From: an uncultured bacterium | GTDB lineage: Bacteria; Omnitrophota; Omnitrophia; Omnitrophales; Abzuiibacteriaceae | Direction of reading: 5' to 3' | Assembly (NCBI GenBank): GCA_964387845.1 | Contig: CAYLXA010000002.1 | Location: forward strand, 1 to 64,000 | DNA length: 64,000 nt | In this document: one piece after another, positions 58,964-64,000 of the stretch | Numbering within the stretch: position 1 is the first letter of the stretch | Layout: the number at the start of each line of letters is the position of its first letter | Translations under genes and position numbers: made by a program | Notes under the pieces: generated by a model | Told to the model about the DNA's origin: nothing | Database searches by the model: none | The model's input: only the letters and a program-made list of their open reading frames with translations

Positions 58964-60415
58964 TCAACGGACCAAAAAGGTGTTGAACTGCCATGTCTCA
59001 TGCTCGGTCGGAATGTGGCCGTTTGTGTTTCGGAAAAGGCGAAATAAATTTTTCACAGGTGTCCAATCAACCGGCTGAGAAATAAAAGGCCCCAAGTAAG
59101 GCCTTGCGACTTTCATGATTTCATCATGGGGCAGGTCATCCGGAACGCAAACGCCTTCAGACGGATTCGCCATCATCCACATCACCGCCGCAAGCACCGA
59201 GCAAGCGACTTGAAGGGTGGTTGCATTTTGATGGGGTGCCAAGCGGCGAGCCTCTTCGATATCCAGCAAGCTTCCGGTCCACCAGGATTTGAAATCATGG
59301 CCCATGAGCAATACACCGAGTTCGTCGCGCCCGCTCACGATGTCGTCATTCAGGATGCGCTGCTTGCTTTGCAGGTCGAACTGGCGCATTTCAAGCTCAA
59401 TCAATGAATTCATCGCTGCATCGCAAGGACAGTAGGCATAGTGGACGGTAGGGCGGTAAACCGGCTTATCATCCTCCCAAACGGTTAAATAATCGGAAAT
59501 GGTGAATGCTTCACCGTGACGCACAACCATTCCCACAATCTCACCGCTCGGAACCCAGGAGCGAACCCACGTTTTAATACCGGGGCGGGCAAGGCAAATT
59601 TGATTACCGGGGCCTGATAAATGATAGTGCGCATCGGGCGGGAGGTTCATTTCGTGGGTTCCCCAGCCCATTTCGGCGGGTGCAATACCTTCTTCGCGAA
59701 AGCCTTCGACGCTCCAGGTGTTTACAAATTCATTCACTTCTTTTGGTTTGCGCGTAATCTGCGAATCGCGTTCACTGATATGAATGGTTTTCACGCCGCA
59801 AAGCTGCGCTAGCTTGGCGTATTGTTTATGGCGAAGGGCTTTTTGAATGTCCTTCAGCCGTGTTCGGGATTCCTTGGCTTTTGTTTTAAGGATTTTTTCA
59901 GCAATATCCTGAAGCGCTATTTTCGTGAAATGGGAAACGAGTCCGGGATTGGCGCCGTGATCCACAACCGCGCTCGGGCCCTTGTTGTTTTCCCAGCTAT
60001 TGATCAGCTTTCGGATCGCCATTTGGCGGACATAAAGGGTAAGCTCGGTCGGGTGCTGTTCTGTGCCTCCAAAATAAGGGTCCCAAAGCTCAACGGAAGT
60101 GTTGATGTAATTGACGCCGTTTTGATGGCACCAATTGAGAATTTCGACCGTGTCGATGTTGTAGGCCAAATCAACGATCATATCGCCCTGGCCGACAAAT
60201 TGTTTCAGGATCTTGGCGTAATTATCTTTTGTAATTTCTTTTTGTGTGTACTTAACGCCTTTGGCGAGAACGTCTTTTACGTGGCGCCGATTGTCGATCA
60301 TGTCCATGATCGTGATTTTTTCGGTCGGCATTTCGATGTGTTTCAAAAACAAAGGCAGTGTGCATTGCGAAACAGAGCCGCAGCCAATCACTAATAATTT
60401 TCCGTTAAATTTCAT
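58964..60415 (-). CDS. hss: Homospermidine synthase (saccharopine dehydrogenase-like family)
   Basis: LLVIGCGSVSQCTLPLF. GANPGLVSHF. HISERDSQ. FVNTWSVEGF. GWGTHE. Matches the recalled bacterial Hss pattern. Confidence 0.65.
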   Translation of the reverse strand: MKFNGKLLVIGCGSVSQCTLPLFLKHIEMPTEKITIMDMIDNRRHVKDVLAKGVKYTQKEITKDNYAKILKQFVGQGDMIVDLAYNIDTVEILNWCHQNGVNYINTSVELWDPYFGGTEQHPTELTLYVRQMAIRKLINSWENNKGPSAVVDHGANPGLVSHFTKIALQDIAEKILKTKAKESRTRLKDIQKALRHKQYAKLAQLCGVKTIHISERDSQITRKPKEVNEFVNTWSVEGFREEGIAPAEMGWGTHEMNLPPDAHYHLSGPGNQICLARPGIKTWVRSWVPSGEIVGMVVRHGEAFTISDYLTVWEDDKPVYRPTVHYAYCPCDAAMNSLIELEMRQFDLQSKQRILNDDIVSGRDELGVLLMGHDFKSWWTGSLLDIEEARRLAPHQNATTLQVACSVLAAVMWMMANPSEGVCVPDDLPHDEIMKVARPYLGPFISQPVDWTPVKNLFRLFRNTNGHIPTEHETWQFNTFLVR

Positions 60416-60564
60416 TATGTTCTCCGGTTTTGCTTACAGAAATGTATTCTATACAAGTTGCTGTGCACTGCAAGAAAAAAATGAGGTTTTTACGCATATT
60501 TTGCTTTTTGGGAAATCTAGATGTTTGATTGAACAGGGAATCAAATTTTGATAAGATTTTGGTC

Positions 60565-62232
60565 ATGAAAATAAATCAAAATATCCGAATCGGTATCGGA
60601 CAGATCAATCCGACAGTAGGCGACTTTGACGGCAACCGCGAAAAAATTATCGCGCAGATCAAAAAAGCAAATGCCGAAGGCGTTGACCTGCTTGTTTTTC
60701 CCGAATTGTCGGTCTGCGGTTATCCGGTTTGGGATTTGGCAAACAAAAAACAATTTATTGATGCCGGCAAAGACTCTCTGAAAAAAATTACGCAAGCAAC
60801 GAAGGGAATGCGTTTGCATGCGGTGGTTGGCTTTATTGATGACGGGAGCGCCAAAAGCGGAAAATCGCGCAACGCGCTTGCCGTGATTTCAAACGGTAAA
60901 ATCATTCAGACGCATGACAAAGTTTTGCTTCCGACCTATGACGTTTTTTTGGAGCAGATTTATTTCGAATCCGGCGAATCCTACCATCTTTTTAAGTTGA
61001 AAAATATGAAGGCCGGAACGAGTATTTGCGAAGATCTCTGGGACGATTTGTATCCTTTAAAACCCACTCGACAAATTAAGAGAAAAGGCGCAGACCTTCT
61101 TATTAATATATCTGCGTCGCCTTTTCACCGGAATGTGGCACGGATTCGTCATGATTTAATCGCCCGCAAAGCAAAAAAGAATAAGCTCTGGATTATCTAT
61201 GCAAATCAAGTTGGGAGCCAGGATGACCTGGTTTTTGATGGCCGGAGTTTAATCGCAAATCCAAAAGGCGAAATTGTATTTCAGGCACCAGCATTCCAGG
61301 AGGGCCTTTTTATCGCTGAAATAGGCCCAGAATCGAAAAAGCAGGCCAAATCTGACCCGAACCAGGTTGATGACATGTATCGGGCGCTAGTGCTCGGAAT
61401 TCGCGATTATATGCGGAAGAACCGGTTTGCGAAGGCAGTGATCGGTATGAGCGGAGGCATTGATTCAGCGCTCGTAGCAACGCTCGCGTGCGATGCAATC
61501 GGAGCGTCAAACGTTTTAGGCGTCACCATGCCGGGCGAATATTCCAGCACCGGAAGCTACGAAGATTCCGAGAAATTGGCAAAGAACCTCGGATTTGAAA
61601 TCCGGAAGCAGCCGATCACGCCGATGTACAAAAATTTTATCGAAACAGCGATCGAGCAAAAAAATAAGCGCGGCATCTCGGCGGTCGAAAAAGACAAAAT
61701 TACATTGGCCATGGAAAATTTGCAGGCGCGCCTCCGGGCGCTGCAGCTCATGTACATTTCAAATGATGAGAACCGGCTTTTACTTTCGACCGGCAACAAG
61801 TCTGAGCTTGCGATGGGTTATTGCACGCTCTATGGTGACATGTGCGGCGGTTTGTGTGTTTTGGGCGATGTTTACAAAACCGATGTGTACAAAATTGCGC
61901 GCTACCGGAATTCGGTATCTCGCGTGATTCCGGACGCTATTTTGGATAAGGCGCCGTCGGCTGAATTGCGTCCAAACCAAAAAGATCAGGATTCTTTGCC
62001 GCCCTACGAGGCATTAGACAAAATTCTGGAGTTTTATATTGAAAAAAATTTAAGCAAGACGCAAATTGCGCAAAAGTTGAAAGCCGAAAAGGTTTCTCTT
62101 GAATTTATTGCCGACATTTTACAAAAAGTGAACCGTAATGAATATAAACGCCGGCAAACGCCGCCGCTGATCCGCGTAACCGAAAAAGCGTGGTTTGGGA
62201 GGCGAATGCCGATTACCAACCAATTTGGGTGA
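60565..62232 (+). CDS. nadE: Glutamine-dependent NAD+ synthetase (nitrilase domain plus NadE domain)
   Basis: CN-hydrolase N-terminal domain. PP-loop IGMSGGIDSA. Preferred ATG at 60565, with a TTG alternative at 60529. Confidence 0.85.
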   Translation: MKINQNIRIGIGQINPTVGDFDGNREKIIAQIKKANAEGVDLLVFPELSVCGYPVWDLANKKQFIDAGKDSLKKITQATKGMRLHAVVGFIDDGSAKSGKSRNALAVISNGKIIQTHDKVLLPTYDVFLEQIYFESGESYHLFKLKNMKAGTSICEDLWDDLYPLKPTRQIKRKGADLLINISASPFHRNVARIRHDLIARKAKKNKLWIIYANQVGSQDDLVFDGRSLIANPKGEIVFQAPAFQEGLFIAEIGPESKKQAKSDPNQVDDMYRALVLGIRDYMRKNRFAKAVIGMSGGIDSALVATLACDAIGASNVLGVTMPGEYSSTGSYEDSEKLAKNLGFEIRKQPITPMYKNFIETAIEQKNKRGISAVEKDKITLAMENLQARLRALQLMYISNDENRLLLSTGNKSELAMGYCTLYGDMCGGLCVLGDVYKTDVYKIARYRNSVSRVIPDAILDKAPSAELRPNQKDQDSLPPYEALDKILEFYIEKNLSKTQIAQKLKAEKVSLEFIADILQKVNRNEYKRRQTPPLIRVTEKAWFGRRMPITNQFG

Positions 62233-62235
62233 CCC

Positions 62236-62724
62236 ATGAGCGAAAACTTTGTCTACTTTGCCGATACGAGAGCCGGAACATTCAAACTGGTTGCTACAAA
62301 CCGAGGATTGCTGTCGATTGATTTTCCAAAAAAAGGCACGGAACGCCGCACTCGAAAACTTCCGGTTGCAGTGAAGAAAAATTGCAAAATAGCCGAAAAG
62401 TGGCTCATACAGTACTTTCGGTCAAGCGCGCGCGCAGCTAGGTTGCCCAAGATCGATGACGAACGTTGGTCGACGGCACGTAAGCGTATGACAAAAGAAC
62501 TTTTCAAAATTAAAAGCGGCAAAACGCATTCATATCAGGAGCTCGCAAAATCTTGCGGGATTCCCAAAGGCCCGCGCGCTATCGGGCAGCTTTTAGGTTC
62601 AAATCCGCTACCGGTTCTCGTTCCGTGCCACAGAATATTAAGATCGGACGGGCAGTTGGGCGGATTCAGCGGCGGACTTGAGTGGAAAAAGAAGTTGCTG
62701 CGGCACGAGCGTGTATTAAAATAA
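62236..62724 (+). CDS. ogt: Methylated-DNA-protein-cysteine methyltransferase (MGMT/Ogt family)
   Basis: Active-site VPCHRIL. Confidence 0.75.
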   Translation: MSENFVYFADTRAGTFKLVATNRGLLSIDFPKKGTERRTRKLPVAVKKNCKIAEKWLIQYFRSSARAARLPKIDDERWSTARKRMTKELFKIKSGKTHSYQELAKSCGIPKGPRAIGQLLGSNPLPVLVPCHRILRSDGQLGGFSGGLEWKKKLLRHERVLK

Positions 62725-62762
62725 GCTTTCATAGTTAACCCTAAACTTACGCGAGGAAGTTT

Positions 62763-63134
62763 TTGAGACCCCAGCAGTTGGTTTTGGCAGCCGAGCAGGC
62801 CGCTGACGATAAAAAGGCCGAAAATCCGGTTGTCTTAGACCTTCGGAAATCAACGGCCGCTGCCTCCTATTTTTTGATCGTCAATGGTACCTCCGATCGT
62901 CATGCGCGTACGATTGCCGAAAATGTGATCGACGAGCTCGGCAAGAAGGGCGTCAAAGCCTGGCATACAGAAGGTATGCGGGAAGGCCGTTGGATTTTGA
63001 TCGATTTCGTGGATTTGGTGGTGCATGTGTTTCATCACGAAACAAGACGGTTTTATGACCTCGAACGGCTTTGGGGAAAACCTGTAAAACCTGCGGCCCC
63101 GAAAAGGAAAAAGAGAAGTGCGAGAAAGCGTTAA
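62763..63134 (+). CDS. rsfS: Ribosomal silencing factor RsfS (Iojap family)
   Basis: PVVLDLRK..YFLIVNGTSDRHARTIAENV..WILIDFVDLVVHVFHHETRRFYDLERLW. Confidence 0.8.
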   Translation: MRPQQLVLAAEQAADDKKAENPVVLDLRKSTAAASYFLIVNGTSDRHARTIAENVIDELGKKGVKAWHTEGMREGRWILIDFVDLVVHVFHHETRRFYDLERLWGKPVKPAAPKRKKRSARKR

Positions 63135-64000
63135 ATCCCTCGTTGATTCGATTTTACCGGCCCTAGCTCAGAAAATCGATTACGCCATTCCGCCCGGCTT
63201 CGCTTACGATATCGAAGTTCCCAAAAACAAAGCGTTCGGCGATTTTTCCGTTAATTCTGCAATGAAGCTAGCAAAACTTGCCGGCAAAAATCCGCGCCAA
63301 ATCGCAACAGCCACAAAAGAGATTATCGATGCGCAGGCATCTTCGTTTCCTTTCCTGAAAAAAGTGCAAGTGGATGGGCCCGGCTTTATTAATTTTTTCC
63401 TCACCGAAGTTTCCCGTGCAGACATTCTGACGCAGATCCAAAAACTGAATGAACATTTCGGCGAATCTGATTTCGGAAAAGGCGAGAAAGTCATTATCGA
63501 ATTCGTGAGCGCCAATCCCACGGGGCCTCTCACGATTGCTCACGGCCGGCAAGCCGCGGTTGGCGATACGCTTGCCAATATCATGAAAGCTGCCGGGTTT
63601 AAAGTCCATAAAGAGTTTTATTTAAACGACGCCGGCCGGCAGGTTGATCTTTTGGGACAAAGCGTGATCGCGCGCTTGGCACAAAAGGACGTACCGGAGG
63701 ACGGTTATCACGGCCATTACGTCATCGATTTAGCCAAGGAAGCGGCGGCGGCCGTCAAAAATCAAGAGCCTGCAAAAATCAAGGATTTCGCGGTTGAGCG
63801 GATGCTTACGCAAATTAAAAATGATCTGAAGGCGCTTGGGGTTCAATTTGACGAATATTTCAGGGAATCTTCGCTTTATCAAAAATCAATCGACGCAGCG
63901 CTTGCCAAATTAAAGAAGGCGAATCATTTATTTGATGCAGAGGGCGCCACGTGGTTTCGTTCGACCGATTTTGGCGATGATAAAGACCGGGTTTTGAAGC
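63118..64000 (+). CDS. argS: Arginyl-tRNA synthetase, 3'-partial (runs off the window)
   Basis: GTG start at 63118. EFVSANPTGPLTIAHGR (class I HIGH region, ArgS type). NDAGRQVD. Not in the ORF track because no stop codon lies in the window. Confidence 0.8.
   Translation, partial: MRESVKSLVDSILPALAQKIDYAIPPGFAYDIEVPKNKAFGDFSVNSAMKLAKLAGKNPRQIATATKEIIDAQASSFPFLKKVQVDGPGFINFFLTEVSRADILTQIQKLNEHFGESDFGKGEKVIIEFVSANPTGPLTIAHGRQAAVGDTLANIMKAAGFKVHKEFYLNDAGRQVDLLGQSVIARLAQKDVPEDGYHGHYVIDLAKEAAAAVKNQEPAKIKDFAVERMLTQIKNDLKALGVQFDEYFRESSLYQKSIDAALAKLKKANHLFDAEGATWFRSTDFGDDKDRVLK

Noticed and set aside
63204-63609. Minus-strand ORFs 63204..63533 and 63268..63609
   Set aside because: They lie antisense to a strongly supported argS reading frame (HIGH-region match). 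They have no recognisable domains.

Overview
The window is a 64 kb bacterial chromosomal segment with dense coding, many ATGA/TAATG start-stop overlaps, and frequent TTG/GTG starts. It probably comes from an uncultivated lineage. No rRNA, tRNA, CRISPR or transposase was seen. In order, it contains the following. (1) A 5'-truncated giant repeat protein made of about 32 near-identical 13-aa (39-nt) tandem repeats with the motif GVNWDDL, plus a coiled-coil C-terminus. (2) A periplasmic two-domain coiled-coil protein whose stop overlaps the start of a divergent, non-canonically ordered F-type ATPase cluster (alpha, c, b-delta fusion, gamma, beta). No a subunit or epsilon subunit is present in the window. 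(3) A T2SS/T4P-like cluster immediately downstream. Its GspE/PilB ATPase carries a C-terminal PilZ (c-di-GMP) domain. GspF, GspG and two minor pseudopilins follow. Then come a PilM-PilN fusion (GspL-like), a PilO/GspM-like protein, a TPR protein and GspK. No secretin or prepilin peptidase is in the window. (4) Embedded in that cluster are an STT3/AglB-like oligosaccharyltransferase with a variant WWPPG motif, a Dpm1-like GT2 and a DUF2304 protein. (5) A large glycan-biosynthesis region of about 35 kb. It holds at least three to four GT-C-like membrane proteins, five GT2s, a pyruvyl transferase with an FrhB-like partner, GtrA, a 2OG-Fe oxygenase and a TPP-dependent E1 alpha/beta pair. It also holds a ColD/E1-type His-for-Lys PLP 3-dehydratase, an Fcl-like reductase, an HddA-like kinase with an HddC-like nucleotidyltransferase (GDP-deoxyheptose-like pathway), a B12-radical SAM enzyme, an AsnB-type amidotransferase, and a 1074-aa membrane/spermidine-synthase/TPR fusion. 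(6) A polyamine pair (ornithine decarboxylase and homospermidine synthase). (7) Housekeeping genes nadE, ogt, rsfS and the start of argS. The most unusual element is the repeat protein, periplasmic protein and atypical rotary ATPase lying contiguous with a c-di-GMP-gated pilus/secretion machine and an N-glycosylation enzyme.
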